From an uncultured Eubacteriales bacterium (lineage in GTDB: Bacteria > Bacillota > Clostridia > Oscillospirales > Acutalibacteraceae), in the NCBI GenBank assembly GCA_900313475.1, contig OMRJ01000144.1, positions 1 through 34,861 of the forward strand: a stretch of 34,861 nucleotides of DNA. Reading direction: 5' to 3'. The translations under genes and the position numbers were made by a program. The stretch's first letter is position 1, and every line of letters begins with the position of its first letter. Of this stretch, positions 17,730 to 27,511 are shown piece after piece. The notes beneath the pieces were generated by a model. That model did no database searches, was not told where the DNA came from, and worked only from the letters and a program-made list of their open reading frames with translations.

Positions 17730-18551
17730 ATGAACAGCATTCTTGATCTTAAATTCGCCAAATACTTTATCGACACCTGTCACCAGTCATGGCTCAAAGG
17801 CTGGAACGAGAGAAACGGCGGCAACATGAGCTACAGAATGAAGCCCGAAGAGGCTGCCGAGTGTGAAAAGTTTTTTTCGTATGATAACCCCGAAAAACCG
17901 ATAGGTCTTTCCGTGCCTAATCTGTCGGGCGAGTGCTTCATGGTTACGGGCAGCGGGAAATACTATAAAAATATTCTCCGCGAACCCGAAAACAACATCT
18001 GCATAGTTAAGCTTGATGAAAAAGGCGAGAATTACCGAATTGTTTGGGGACTTAAAGAGGGCGGTGTCCCTACAAGCGAGCTGCCTACGCATCTTCTCAA
18101 TCATTCCATAAAAAAAGAACTTACGAACGGCGAATACCGCGTTATAATGCACGCGCATCCCGCAAATATCGTCGCGCTCACATTCCTTCTCCCGCTTGAA
18201 GACAAGGTCTTCACAAGAGAAATATGGGAGATGATAACGGAGTGTCCGATAGTATTTCCCGCAGGAATAGGCGTGCTCCCCTGGATGGTATGCGGAAGCG
18301 CCGACATTGCCTATGCAACGGGTGAAAAAATAAAGAAGTACGACGCGGTCATTTGGTCGCATCACGGTATTTTCTGCGCGGGACCCGATTTTGACACGGC
18401 TTTCGGTCTTATGGATACTATCGAAAAATCCGCCGAAATTCTTATCAAAACAATGTCGTGCGGCGGAAAAAAACGCTGCATTACTTCCGAACAAATCATG
18501 GCGTTGAGTGAGCCTTATCACGTCAATATAGACAAAACCATGCTGGAATAA
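17730..18551 (+). CDS. rhaD: Rhamnulose-1-phosphate aldolase-like class II aldolase
   Basis: Collinear similarity along its whole length to E. coli RhaD as I recall it: WLKGWNERNGGNMS, VTGSGKYYKN, VPTSELPTHLLNH, RVIMHAHPANIVALT, FPAGIGVLPWMV, and a HHGIF...G segment. Confidence 0.8.
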   Translation: MNSILDLKFAKYFIDTCHQSWLKGWNERNGGNMSYRMKPEEAAECEKFFSYDNPEKPIGLSVPNLSGECFMVTGSGKYYKNILREPENNICIVKLDEKGENYRIVWGLKEGGVPTSELPTHLLNHSIKKELTNGEYRVIMHAHPANIVALTFLLPLEDKVFTREIWEMITECPIVFPAGIGVLPWMVCGSADIAYATGEKIKKYDAVIWSHHGIFCAGPDFDTAFGLMDTIEKSAEILIKTMSCGGKKRCITSEQIMALSEPYHVNIDKTMLE

Positions 18552-18582
18552 TTAACACTTCTGACGAAAATTTTTGTTTCTC

Positions 18583-18611
18583 TTGTAAATTGTCCTGAGA
18601 TGTGATAAAAT
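18583..18611 (+). promoter_or_regulatory. SigA-type promoter with extended -10 for the Zn-ribbon membrane protein gene
   Basis: TTGTAA (18583-18588), a 17-nt spacer, and TGaTAAAAT (TG at 18603-18604, -10 at 18606-18611). Confidence 0.45.
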
Positions 18612-18650
18612 TTTTTGAAGAAATGCTTTATCAGGATCGGTGAAAGAATA

Positions 18651-19454
18651 ATGGCAACTTATTGTCCTAAATGTAATTATAAATTGAGAATACGCGATTG
18701 GCGTCCCGAATGCCCGAAGTGCGGTGTTAACGTTATGTACTACGGCAATGAGGAGCGTTTGAGAAAAGAAGCCGATGCGGCTGAATACCACCACGCTATG
18801 ACGCAGCCGAAATACGACCGTCTTAAGTTTTCTCTTATCGGTCACCCGCTGTCGATAGTCCGTCTGGTGCTCGGATTACTGCCTGTTGCGGCAATGCTTA
18901 TTCCGTCCGGCAAGCTGAATTACACCCTGCCTTTTGCGGAGCATTCCGACGCCGTCAGCTTTATCTCGGTTATTCAGTTTATCACCGACAAAGGACTTGA
19001 TTTCGGTCTTCTTAAATCTCTTTGCGGCACGGAGCTTCTCGGTTCCGCAATGGTTTGCTGGGCACTCGCCGTGGCAGGTGTGCTCGGTGTGGCTGTGACA
19101 AGTCTTGTCGGCTGGATAATGCTCACTCTCTCCTGCTCCCCGAAAGGCTTTCGGCGCAACATTGCGTTCCCGGTTATCGGAATGGTGTTTGCTACGGTCG
19201 GTTTTGTTTCGTATGCCGTAATGGTGTCAAAGCTCAACGCCGCAGTGCCCGATGTTTTTAACGGAACCGTTATGCCGTGGGCGTATATCCTTGTGCTTGT
19301 TCTTTTCGCGGCTATGATAGTCGTAAACGTTATCTATAAAAAGAAAAACATTCAGGTCAAATACAAGGATGTTTCCGAACTTCTTATTCCTTACAATGAG
19401 CGCCCCTCCACCATCGCAAAGAAAAAAGCCGAAGCTGCGGCTGCCGCCAAATAA
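18651..19454 (+). CDS. Membrane protein with an N-terminal C4 zinc ribbon, function unknown
   Basis: MATYCPKCNYKL...CPKCGVNV (CxxC-x13-CxxC), followed by about 5 hydrophobic segments and a KKKAEAAAAAK tail. I prefer the ATG at 18651 over the TTG at 18615. Confidence 0.65.
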   Translation: MATYCPKCNYKLRIRDWRPECPKCGVNVMYYGNEERLRKEADAAEYHHAMTQPKYDRLKFSLIGHPLSIVRLVLGLLPVAAMLIPSGKLNYTLPFAEHSDAVSFISVIQFITDKGLDFGLLKSLCGTELLGSAMVCWALAVAGVLGVAVTSLVGWIMLTLSCSPKGFRRNIAFPVIGMVFATVGFVSYAVMVSKLNAAVPDVFNGTVMPWAYILVLVLFAAMIVVNVIYKKKNIQVKYKDVSELLIPYNERPSTIAKKKAEAAAAAK

Positions 19455-19494
19455 AACAGAACGCATACAAAGGCGTGTCGAAAAACAAAATACT

Positions 19495-19527
19495 GCCGAC
19501 GTGTTTGTTTAATGCGTCGGCTGTTTT
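19495..19527 (+). terminator. Rho-independent terminator candidate
   Basis: GCCGACG (19495-19501) pairs with CGTCGGC (19515-19521) across a 13-nt loop, followed by TGTTTT. Confidence 0.5.
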
Positions 19528-19551
19528 AATAAGTGCAAAACGACCGCTTTT

Positions 19552-20409
19552 ATGTTTCGATTGTATACTATGATAAATAACAGCATGTATAATTTTATTT
19601 GTCCCGTGTGCGCCGCGCCGTTTGAACGTGTCGGCGGCGTGTTCAGGTGTTCGGGCGGCCATTCGTTTGATATTGCCAAAGAAGGCTACGTAAATCTGCT
19701 GACGGGAAGCCGATCGGGTGCTCTTACGGGCGACAGTGCCGATATGGCCCGGTGCCGCCGTGCCTTTCTGTCAAAAGGTTTTTTTGACGCGCTGTCAAAC
19801 GAACTGTGCCGCATTGCCGAAAAATACGGCGTTAAGGGCAGCGTGCTTGACATTTGCTGCGGTGAGGGACACTATTCTTCATTTTTCAAGAATCATATAC
19901 CCGAATCGAATGTCCTCGGCTTCGACCTTTCGCGCGAAATGGTGAAGCGAGCCGCGAAACAGAATAAAAATGTCGGCTATGCCGTTGCAAATATGACCTC
20001 CGTTCCTGTCCCCGACGGTTCCGTCGACTGTGCTTTTCACCTGTTTGCGCCGTTTTGTGCATCCGAATTCATGCGTATTTTGTCTCCGAACGGTATTCTT
20101 ATAAGTGTTGTCGCAGGCGCGGAGCACCTTATCGAGCTGAAAAATCTTTTGTATGACAAGCCGTATCCGAACGATGTGCACGACCCTTCCGACGGCGGGG
20201 CGGAAATTATCGAAGAATATGATCTCAAGGATAAAATAGCATTGCGGTCAAACGAAGATATCCGGGCGCTGTTCAATATGACGCCCTACTGCCGTCATAC
20301 ACCGACGTCGGGTATACAAAAGCTTTCGCAAACGGACAGACTTGATGTATCGTTGTGTTTCCATGTTTTTATTTTCGGAAAGAGAGAAAGATTGAAAAAT
20401 GAGCTTTAA
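19552..20409 (+). CDS. rlmA: 23S rRNA (guanine-N1)-methyltransferase RlmA family
   Basis: Zn-finger N-terminus FICPVCAAPF...FRCSGGHSFDIAKEGYVNLL. GDSADMARCRRAFL. SAM motif VLDICCGEGHY. Collinear with E. coli RlmA as recalled. The start is uncertain: ATGs at 19552, 19570 and 19585, none with a clear SD. Confidence 0.82.
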   Translation: MFRLYTMINNSMYNFICPVCAAPFERVGGVFRCSGGHSFDIAKEGYVNLLTGSRSGALTGDSADMARCRRAFLSKGFFDALSNELCRIAEKYGVKGSVLDICCGEGHYSSFFKNHIPESNVLGFDLSREMVKRAAKQNKNVGYAVANMTSVPVPDGSVDCAFHLFAPFCASEFMRILSPNGILISVVAGAEHLIELKNLLYDKPYPNDVHDPSDGGAEIIEEYDLKDKIALRSNEDIRALFNMTPYCRHTPTSGIQKLSQTDRLDVSLCFHVFIFGKRERLKNEL

Positions 20410-21511
20410 GCTTAAAGAATTTACCCCTCCCGATTTTTCGCGGGAAGAATTTAATAAAATGCCCGATGCCGTGACGGTGCCTGCTCCGGCAGATTTCGTG
20501 TGTCCCGACAATTACCATGCCACTACTATTTTTCCGGAATATTTTAAGGCCGGCGGCAAGTGGATACTGGCGGAGGAATCACGCATGGACTGCGTCGCGG
20601 TATTGTGCGGCGACGGGAAAATAGCCGTGAAAGAGTTTCGCCGTGTGAAAAAGGGCGACCGTGTTTTTGTCGGTCGTACCGAAAACGGGGAGAACGGCAT
20701 CCTTGTTTGGCCCGACGGTTTTACTTCCGTGTCACGCGGACTTTCGGACACATTTTCTTTCCGTCAGGGCAGAAGCCGCGAAACGGCTTTTTCGCGTGAC
20801 TATGACAGGCTGTACGATTTGCTGCGCCATGAGCGTGAGCACGGAAATATTGTGTGGATACTCGGTCCCGCGGTTGTGTTTGACCACGATTCGCGCGCCG
20901 CGTTTTCGACGCTTGTGAAAAACGGCTATGCGGACGCCGTGCTTGCGGGCAATGCGCTTGCGACGCACGACCTTGAGGGCGGATATAAGCGCACCGCGCT
21001 CGGACAGGATATTTACACGCAGCGCTCGCGTGAAATGGGGCACTACAATCATATAGATACAATAAATAAAGTCCGTTCCTACGGCTCTATTCCCGCGTTT
21101 ATTGACGGGGAGGGGATAGAGGACGGAATAATTTACAGCTGCGTGAAGCACAACGTCCCGTTTGTGCTGTGCGGCTCGATACGCGACGACGGTCCGCTGC
21201 CTGAGGTATATGCGAATGCATACGAAGGGCAGGATGCGATGCGTGCGTGCATAAAAAAAGCGACAACGGTGATTGCAATGGCAACTACGCTTCACACCGT
21301 GGCGGGCGGCAACATGACGCCGTCCTTCAGGGTCATGCCCGACGGCAGTATAAGGGAAGTGTATTTCTATTCGGTCGACGTTTCGGAATTTGCCGTTAAT
21401 AAGCTTGCCGACAGAGGTTCGCTTGCGGCAAAGGGTATAGTTACAAATGTTCAGGATTTTATCGTGAACGTGTGCAAAGGACTCGGCCTTGAGCCTGCGG
21501 AACGCGAATAA
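20399..21511 (+). CDS. Conserved protein, possibly the TIGR00300 / LOR-SDH conserved-domain family (ornithine cyclodeaminase-like); tentative
   Basis: A 370-aa intact ORF that overlaps the rlmA end by 11 nt. The central segment ILGPAVVFDHDSRAAFSTLVKNGYADAVLAGNALATHDLEGG resembles the nucleotide-binding core of that family. This is recalled from memory only, so the product call is weak. Confidence 0.45.
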   Translation: MSFKLKEFTPPDFSREEFNKMPDAVTVPAPADFVCPDNYHATTIFPEYFKAGGKWILAEESRMDCVAVLCGDGKIAVKEFRRVKKGDRVFVGRTENGENGILVWPDGFTSVSRGLSDTFSFRQGRSRETAFSRDYDRLYDLLRHEREHGNIVWILGPAVVFDHDSRAAFSTLVKNGYADAVLAGNALATHDLEGGYKRTALGQDIYTQRSREMGHYNHIDTINKVRSYGSIPAFIDGEGIEDGIIYSCVKHNVPFVLCGSIRDDGPLPEVYANAYEGQDAMRACIKKATTVIAMATTLHTVAGGNMTPSFRVMPDGSIREVYFYSVDVSEFAVNKLADRGSLAAKGIVTNVQDFIVNVCKGLGLEPAERE

Positions 21512-21599
21512 CCGTTCGGGGCAGCGGGCGGTGCGGATGCGAATCCTATCAGTCTGCGTAAAAAAATCCGAAAATCAAAAAAGAAAGGCGGCTGAATGA

Positions 21600-23780
21600 A
21601 TGCCGATATCATTTGACGATTCCAAAAAAATCTTTAAGCTCGATACCCCTTCTTCCACCTATGCGTTTAAGGTGTATGACGAAAACTATCTCATACATCT
21701 CTATTACGGCGCATATGTGCCGGACAACGATTTTGACGGCTATGAAAAAAGGCGTCAGTATGCGTCGTTCAGCGCATCGAATGCGCATCTGACCCATACG
21801 GGTTTTTCTGCCGATACATATCCCATGGAAATAGGCTGCAACGGCTGCGGTGATATGAGAATTTCGGCTTTGCAGATAAGAAATGCGGACGGCAACGCAT
21901 CTACCGACGTGCGCTATGTCTCGCATAAAATCTACAGCGGAAAGCCCGCCCTGCCCGGTCTGCCCGCGCTTTATGCCAACGATGACGGCGAATGCACAAC
22001 GCTTGAGGTTGTCACTCTCGACAAGGTGACGGGAGCCGAGGTGACGCTCATTTATACGGTCTTTGAGAAGCTTTCGGCTATGACTCGCTCCGTGGTTGTC
22101 AAGAACACGTCCGACAAGACCTTTGAAATAGAAAAAGTGATGAGCTTTTGTCTTGATATGGAGAGCGACGAATACGATCTCATTACTCTCTACGGCAGAC
22201 ACAACAGTGAACGTCATTTTGAAAAGCGTCCGCTTGCGCACGGCTATCAGGGCATCGGCAGCCGCAGAGGTACATCCTCGGCGCAGCAGAACCCGTTTAT
22301 GGCGCTTCTGTCGCATAACGGCAGTGAGGATTTCGGCGACGCCTACGGCTTCAATCTCGTGTACTCGTGTAATCACCTCTGTGAAACGGAGGTCGATTTC
22401 AACAATTGCACGCGTGTTATGATGGGCATAAACCCGACCGATTTCGGATGGCTGCTTGCTCCGGGAGAGAGCTTTTACTCGCCGGAAGCGGTTCTTGTTT
22501 ATTCAAACGAAGGGCTCGGCGGCATGAGCCGCACTTTCCACCGCCTTTACAACAGCAATCTTGTCCGCGGAAAATGGAAACACCTTAAGCGTCCTCTCCT
22601 TGTCAATAACTGGGAGGGCACCGGTATGAAGTTTGACGACGAAAAGCTCTATGCCATCGCGAAGTGGGCAAAAGAAACGGGCATTGAAATGCTTGTTATG
22701 GACGACGGCTGGTTCGGTCACCGTGACAATGACCGTTCGTCGCTCGGTGACTGGTTTGAGGATTCAAAGAAATTCAAAAACGGCATGACGGGCTTTATAA
22801 ACAGCGTTAAAGATCTCGGTCTTAAATTCGGCATTTGGTATGAGCCCGAAATGATCTCGCCGGACTCCGAGATATACAAAAAACATCCGGACTGGTGCAT
22901 TCATGTCCCGAACCGTGACCGCAGTGTCGGCAGATGGCAGTATGTTATGGACATGACGCGCGAGGACGTGAGAGATTATCTGTTTAATATAATGAGCGAT
23001 ATTCTCGGAAATAACGCTATCGACTACATCAAATGGGATTTTAACCGCAACATTACAGAAGCCGGTTCCGCGCTGCTTCCGCCCGAACGCCAGAAGGAGT
23101 TTTTCCACCGCTTTATTCTCGGCACATATGAGCTGATGGACAGAATAACAAAGGCGTTCCCGCATTTGCTGTTTGAAAACTGCTCCGGAGGCGGCGGAAG
23201 ATATGACCCCGGCATGATGTATTTCTCTCCGCAGATATGGTGCTCCGACAACACCGACGCCCTGTCTCGCGTTGATATCCAGTTCGGCTCGTCTCTCTGC
23301 TATCCCGCGTCGGTTCAGGGGGCGCATGTTTCCGCAAGCAAGCGCTCCGGATATGAGACTAAGCGCAACGTCGCAATGTGGGGCTCGTTCGGCTATGAGC
23401 TTGACCCTGCCGATATCAGTGAGGATGCGCGCGCGGAGATTCGCGGACAGATTGCCGATTATCACAAATACTATGACCTTATTCATTACGGCGACCTTTA
23501 CCGCATTATTTCCCCGTGGGACGACCCCTATAAGTGCGCATGGGAATTTGTGAGCGAGGACAAGTCGAAGGCGATGCTCACGTTGCTTATAAAGTTCGCA
23601 ACGGAGCGACGCAATTTCGTGATAAAGCTCAAGGGACTTGATGCCGGCAAAAATTATATTTGCGATTTTGACGGCAGGATCCGCTCAGGCGCTATGCTCA
23701 TGAACGCGGGAATAAACCTCCACGAAGTGCCCGAAAAGGACGGCTACAGCCTGGCAATACACTTTGAAGAAGTAAAGTAA
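21600..23780 (+). CDS. Alpha-galactosidase, glycoside hydrolase family 36
   Basis: 726 aa. IKWDFNRNI (nucleophile region), ENCSGGGGRYD, MDDGWF and the N-terminal FKLDTPSSTYAF pattern are typical of GH36 AgaA/MelA-type enzymes. Confidence 0.9.
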   Translation: MPISFDDSKKIFKLDTPSSTYAFKVYDENYLIHLYYGAYVPDNDFDGYEKRRQYASFSASNAHLTHTGFSADTYPMEIGCNGCGDMRISALQIRNADGNASTDVRYVSHKIYSGKPALPGLPALYANDDGECTTLEVVTLDKVTGAEVTLIYTVFEKLSAMTRSVVVKNTSDKTFEIEKVMSFCLDMESDEYDLITLYGRHNSERHFEKRPLAHGYQGIGSRRGTSSAQQNPFMALLSHNGSEDFGDAYGFNLVYSCNHLCETEVDFNNCTRVMMGINPTDFGWLLAPGESFYSPEAVLVYSNEGLGGMSRTFHRLYNSNLVRGKWKHLKRPLLVNNWEGTGMKFDDEKLYAIAKWAKETGIEMLVMDDGWFGHRDNDRSSLGDWFEDSKKFKNGMTGFINSVKDLGLKFGIWYEPEMISPDSEIYKKHPDWCIHVPNRDRSVGRWQYVMDMTREDVRDYLFNIMSDILGNNAIDYIKWDFNRNITEAGSALLPPERQKEFFHRFILGTYELMDRITKAFPHLLFENCSGGGGRYDPGMMYFSPQIWCSDNTDALSRVDIQFGSSLCYPASVQGAHVSASKRSGYETKRNVAMWGSFGYELDPADISEDARAEIRGQIADYHKYYDLIHYGDLYRIISPWDDPYKCAWEFVSEDKSKAMLTLLIKFATERRNFVIKLKGLDAGKNYICDFDGRIRSGAMLMNAGINLHEVPEKDGYSLAIHFEEVK

Positions 23781-23832
23781 ACATGACAATGCGGTGCTTC
23801 CGTATTTAATACGTTACTTCAATGAACAAAAC

Positions 23833-23888
23833 AAAAGACTATACTTTACAATGCATTTTAATGCAAAACGTAAAATATAGTCTTTTTT
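23833..23888. terminator. Bidirectional terminator hairpin between convergent genes
   Basis: AAAAGACTATA (23833-23843) is the exact reverse complement of TATAGTCTTTT (23876-23886). Inside it are nested TTAC/GTAA and TGCAT-TTTA-ATGCA pairings. An A-run lies upstream and a T-run downstream, so it reads as a terminator on both strands. Confidence 0.55.
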
Positions 23889-23949
23889 GCTTTTCGAAGT
23901 GTGCTTTAATGATTCAGCGATATATCCTTTTCGAGAACAGATGCGCTTT

Positions 23950-26900
23950 TTATTCTACCGATTTGAGTGACGATACCATGTCGATATGCTTTATCTTTTT
24001 GCGGAGCATGAGGTTTACCGACACTATAAACAGCACCGTAAGTCCGCAGGCAATGAGATAATTATACCAGCATACCGTCTGTCCGTACATGACCGCGTCG
24101 ATAGATGTGTAGGTTATCAGCAGTCTGTGCAGCACAATGCCGAGCGCCACGCCGAGCGCAAGACCGAATACCGACAGGATGACATTTTCACGGTAGATGT
24201 AGTCATTCATTTCTCTGTCCGTAAAGCCGAGCACTTTGAGTGTTGCAAGCTCGCGGTTGCGTTCTATGATGTTGATGTTTGAGAGATTGTAGAGAACAAC
24301 AAAAGCCAAAACGGTTGCAGACACTATAAACAGAAGAATAACCCACGAGAGAGCCGCCGTTATGCGTCCGATGCTCTGTGTCGTATCGGAGGTGTAGGAT
24401 AGCGCGGTTATCCCGTCGGTGAGCACCATATCGGAGGCAAGGCGTCCTTTTGCATTCGCAGTCGCGTCCGCATCGTCCGAAAGAACGTTGTCGGAGAGAA
24501 GACCGAGTGCGTAGAAGTATTCGGGATCATGTGATGTCGCCGCACGGTATACGCTTTCTGTCATGTAAATGTAGTGGAACGTGTAGTTTTCGGCTATCGC
24601 GCTTACCGTTACGCTGTAAACGTTTCCGTCGGAATCGGAGAAGTTTATCGCATCCCCCGTCTTGACATTTGCCGTTTTTGCAAGCTTTTCGGTTATTATC
24701 GCGCCCGTATTGTCAAGCGTCAGCTTTTCTCCGGTGTGCCTGTCTCTTAAGTCTATAAAGGTCGGCAGCGAGGCGGGTTTTTCGGGGACAAAAACATAAA
24801 CATCGGTCTTTTTGTTCGTTTCGGCGCCGAAACCCTCCATTGATTTCATACCGACAAGTGTCAGATCCCTGATTCGGGCATCCGAAGCCGCGGCATTGAA
24901 CGACGCGGTGTGCGTACCCGTTGTCTGAGCATTGTCAAAGGCTATCTGAAAGTCATATTTTGATATTGCGTTTTCGCCGTACTGCTTTGCCGTAATTGCC
25001 GAGACGGAATCATACATACCGAGACTTGCGAGAATAAGCGCGCAGCATCCCGCGATTCCGATCACCGTCATGAGAAAACGTGTTCTGTACCTGAAAAGAT
25101 TGCGAGCCGTAACCTTTGTTGAAAAGCTCAGTTTTTTCCACACTGCGCTCACTCTTTCGAGGAGGATGCGTTTGCCCGCTTTTGGAGTTTTGGGACGCAT
25201 CAGCACACTCGGTGCAAGCTTCAGGTCTTTCATGAGAGATGCCGCGGTCGACAGAGTGGTGCATGCAACCGACAAGAGGAAGCATATCAGAATATCAAGC
25301 CACGGAATTTTGTATATAAGCGACGGCATGGAGTACATTATTCCGTATGCCGAATTTATCGCATACGGGAACAGAAATATTGCGGTTGAAACACCTAAAA
25401 GAGTACCGAAAATACAGGCGCTCAAAGAATAAATGATATATTTGAGCATTACGGCGCCCGAAGTGTAGCCGAGAGCTTTATATGTGCCCAGAAGCACGCG
25501 TTCTTCATCCACAAGGCGTGTCATGGTCGTAAGACAGACAAGTGCCGCAATCAGGAAGAAAAAAAGCGGGAAAATATTTGAAAGGGCGGCAATATTCGAT
25601 ACAGACTGACCGTAGCTTGAATATCCCGGAGTTGCCGTTCGGTCGTATACGCTCCATTTTACGTTGTCGAGCCGTGCATACAGCTCCTTTGCGGAGTTAA
25701 GCTCCGCCCTTGACGCAGCAAGTGACGAAGTAAGCTGTGTGTCCGCTTCCGCGCGTTTTTTCTGTGCCTGCTCGAGGTTTGCAGGAGCAGACTGCACCTG
25801 TTGTGTAAGCTCTTTAAGCTTTGCCTCCTCCTGTATCTTTTGAATTTGAAGCTGTAACTCGCCGCTTTGTATCGAAATACCCTTTTGCGTAAGCTCGTCC
25901 TTGTAGTTTGCGAGGTCGGTGGCTGCGTTGTCGAGTTGCTTTTTTGTAGCGGCGCTGTCGGCGGATGCTTTTTCGAGCGTCGTTTTCATTGTTTCGAGGT
26001 TTGCCGCGAGAGCGTCAAGCAGCGCCTTTTTTTCTTTTATCTGCTTTTCCTGGTCGGCAAGCTTCTGCTTCTGCTGTTCGATATAAGGCTCGACATTTGC
26101 AATTATCTCCATTGCAAGTCCCTGTGTCGTAAGGGACTTTATCGCATTGTAAAGCTCCGGATAGGTTGTTTGCATCATGGTGATGACAGCCTGAACCTGT
26201 TCCTGTGAGCTTGCGGTAATATTTTTGTCCTGAATGGACTGCATTACATTGTCGGCTGCGTTAATAAGCGAATTTGTGGTGCTTATTGCGGTGTTAAGCG
26301 TGTTAACCTGCTGGCGAGCCGATGTGCATTCTGTATAGAGCCTGTCGTACTGCTCCTGTTTTTCGGACAGCGTTTTCACGCTCTCGTCATATTTTTCCTT
26401 GTTTGTTTTCCATAGCTCGTATTTGCTTTGATAGTCTTTAAGAGCCGCGTCAAGCTGTGCGGAATTGTTGCCCAGCGTGTTTTTCGCGTCCGCAAATTTT
26501 TCGTCAAATTCCGCTTGTGCGTCGGCAAGCAGCTTTTCACCGTTGTCAACGAGCTGCTGAAGCGTTTCTATTGTGCTGTCAAGCTCTTTCATAGCGCTTG
26601 TAGCGTCCGACGATTTTTCGGTTATGGTTTTTTCGCCGTCTTCTATCTGTTTTAAAAGTTGCGGACGCAGCGTTGTGACACGCTGTTTTACCTGTGTGTC
26701 GGAGAGCGATTTCACTGCGCTCTCATAGGGTGCTATATAGTTAAAGTATTCGTCCGAAAACGGTTCATAGCTGTCGCTGCCGTCGACCTTAGCGTATATT
26801 TCGGTGTAGTAATCGGTCGAAAAAGCTTCATCCGGAATAAGAATAAATGTGCCTATTTTACCGCTGCCGATATTCGTGTTTCCGCGTTCAAACGAAATAT

Positions 26901-27498
26901 AATAGGGAGAGCGGATTATCCCTACAATTGTAAATTCCGACACCGATAATCCCGTGGGCGTGTCGCCGCCTGCCTTCTCGAGAGTAATTTTGCTGCCGAT
27001 AACAAAAGAACCTGGAGTGGACAGCTCACTTGCGTCGACAAGACATTCTCCCGCAGACGACGGATATTTACCCTCGATGAGCTGAACCCTGTTTATATAG
27101 TTGCCGTCATCAACTCCGTTTAAGAAATTGGCGATGTCGGCGGGTGATATACCGTAGGCACGCGTGCTTATCTGTGTGCCGTCAATGTCGGCTTCGATTT
27201 CGCCGTTAACCCGAACAAGAGCATCAATGAATTTTTCTCCCTTTGCATATTCTATTCCGTTGAGCTTTTTTATCGCACCGACATCGTCGTCCGTCAGTCC
27301 TGCGGAGGATTGAACGCGGATATCCATAAGATTGTATTCCGAAAAATACTCTCGTGCCGTGGCGAACATGTCGGGCGCGGTCGCCTTAATGCCCGCGAAA
27401 AACGCGGTACCGAGAGCCACTATAAGCATAATTGAAATATAGCGGCTGAAGCTTTTCTTTACGGTGCGCAGAGTATCCCTGAAAAGCATTTTAGTCAA
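23950..27498 (-). CDS. ABC transporter permease, MacB/FtsX-type with two FtsX modules and a large extracytoplasmic coiled-coil insertion
   Basis: N-terminus LFRDTLRTVKKSFSRYISIMLIVALGTAFFAG. The first FtsX TM bundle follows ORF-track residue ~650 and the second half restarts at LFRYRTRFLMTVIGIAGC. Residues ~285-630 are heptad-like and Q/K/E/L-rich. The start is either TTG 27498 (7 nt after GGAGGA) or ATG 27489. The ORF-track start at 27549 overlaps the ATPase gene. Confidence 0.85.
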   Translation of the reverse strand: MTKMLFRDTLRTVKKSFSRYISIMLIVALGTAFFAGIKATAPDMFATAREYFSEYNLMDIRVQSSAGLTDDDVGAIKKLNGIEYAKGEKFIDALVRVNGEIEADIDGTQISTRAYGISPADIANFLNGVDDGNYINRVQLIEGKYPSSAGECLVDASELSTPGSFVIGSKITLEKAGGDTPTGLSVSEFTIVGIIRSPYYISFERGNTNIGSGKIGTFILIPDEAFSTDYYTEIYAKVDGSDSYEPFSDEYFNYIAPYESAVKSLSDTQVKQRVTTLRPQLLKQIEDGEKTITEKSSDATSAMKELDSTIETLQQLVDNGEKLLADAQAEFDEKFADAKNTLGNNSAQLDAALKDYQSKYELWKTNKEKYDESVKTLSEKQEQYDRLYTECTSARQQVNTLNTAISTTNSLINAADNVMQSIQDKNITASSQEQVQAVITMMQTTYPELYNAIKSLTTQGLAMEIIANVEPYIEQQKQKLADQEKQIKEKKALLDALAANLETMKTTLEKASADSAATKKQLDNAATDLANYKDELTQKGISIQSGELQLQIQKIQEEAKLKELTQQVQSAPANLEQAQKKRAEADTQLTSSLAASRAELNSAKELYARLDNVKWSVYDRTATPGYSSYGQSVSNIAALSNIFPLFFFLIAALVCLTTMTRLVDEERVLLGTYKALGYTSGAVMLKYIIYSLSACIFGTLLGVSTAIFLFPYAINSAYGIMYSMPSLIYKIPWLDILICFLLSVACTTLSTAASLMKDLKLAPSVLMRPKTPKAGKRILLERVSAVWKKLSFSTKVTARNLFRYRTRFLMTVIGIAGCCALILASLGMYDSVSAITAKQYGENAISKYDFQIAFDNAQTTGTHTASFNAAASDARIRDLTLVGMKSMEGFGAETNKKTDVYVFVPEKPASLPTFIDLRDRHTGEKLTLDNTGAIITEKLAKTANVKTGDAINFSDSDGNVYSVTVSAIAENYTFHYIYMTESVYRAATSHDPEYFYALGLLSDNVLSDDADATANAKGRLASDMVLTDGITALSYTSDTTQSIGRITAALSWVILLFIVSATVLAFVVLYNLSNINIIERNRELATLKVLGFTDREMNDYIYRENVILSVFGLALGVALGIVLHRLLITYTSIDAVMYGQTVCWYNYLIACGLTVLFIVSVNLMLRKKIKHIDMVSSLKSVE

Positions 27499-27511
27499 TT
27501 CGGATTCCTCC

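Noticed and set aside
15897-18551. Sulfoquinovose transketolase (sulfo-TK) or a dedicated rhamnose pathway
   Set aside because: No isomerase, sulfoacetaldehyde reductase, exporter, rhaA, rhaB or regulator is present in the window. Split transketolase is the ordinary form in many Clostridia.
23822-24061. 79-aa plus-strand ORF spanning the aga / permease intergenic terminator
   Set aside because: It crosses the bidirectional terminator hairpin and overlaps the 3' end of the permease gene. It has no RBS and its composition is AT-rich and intergenic.
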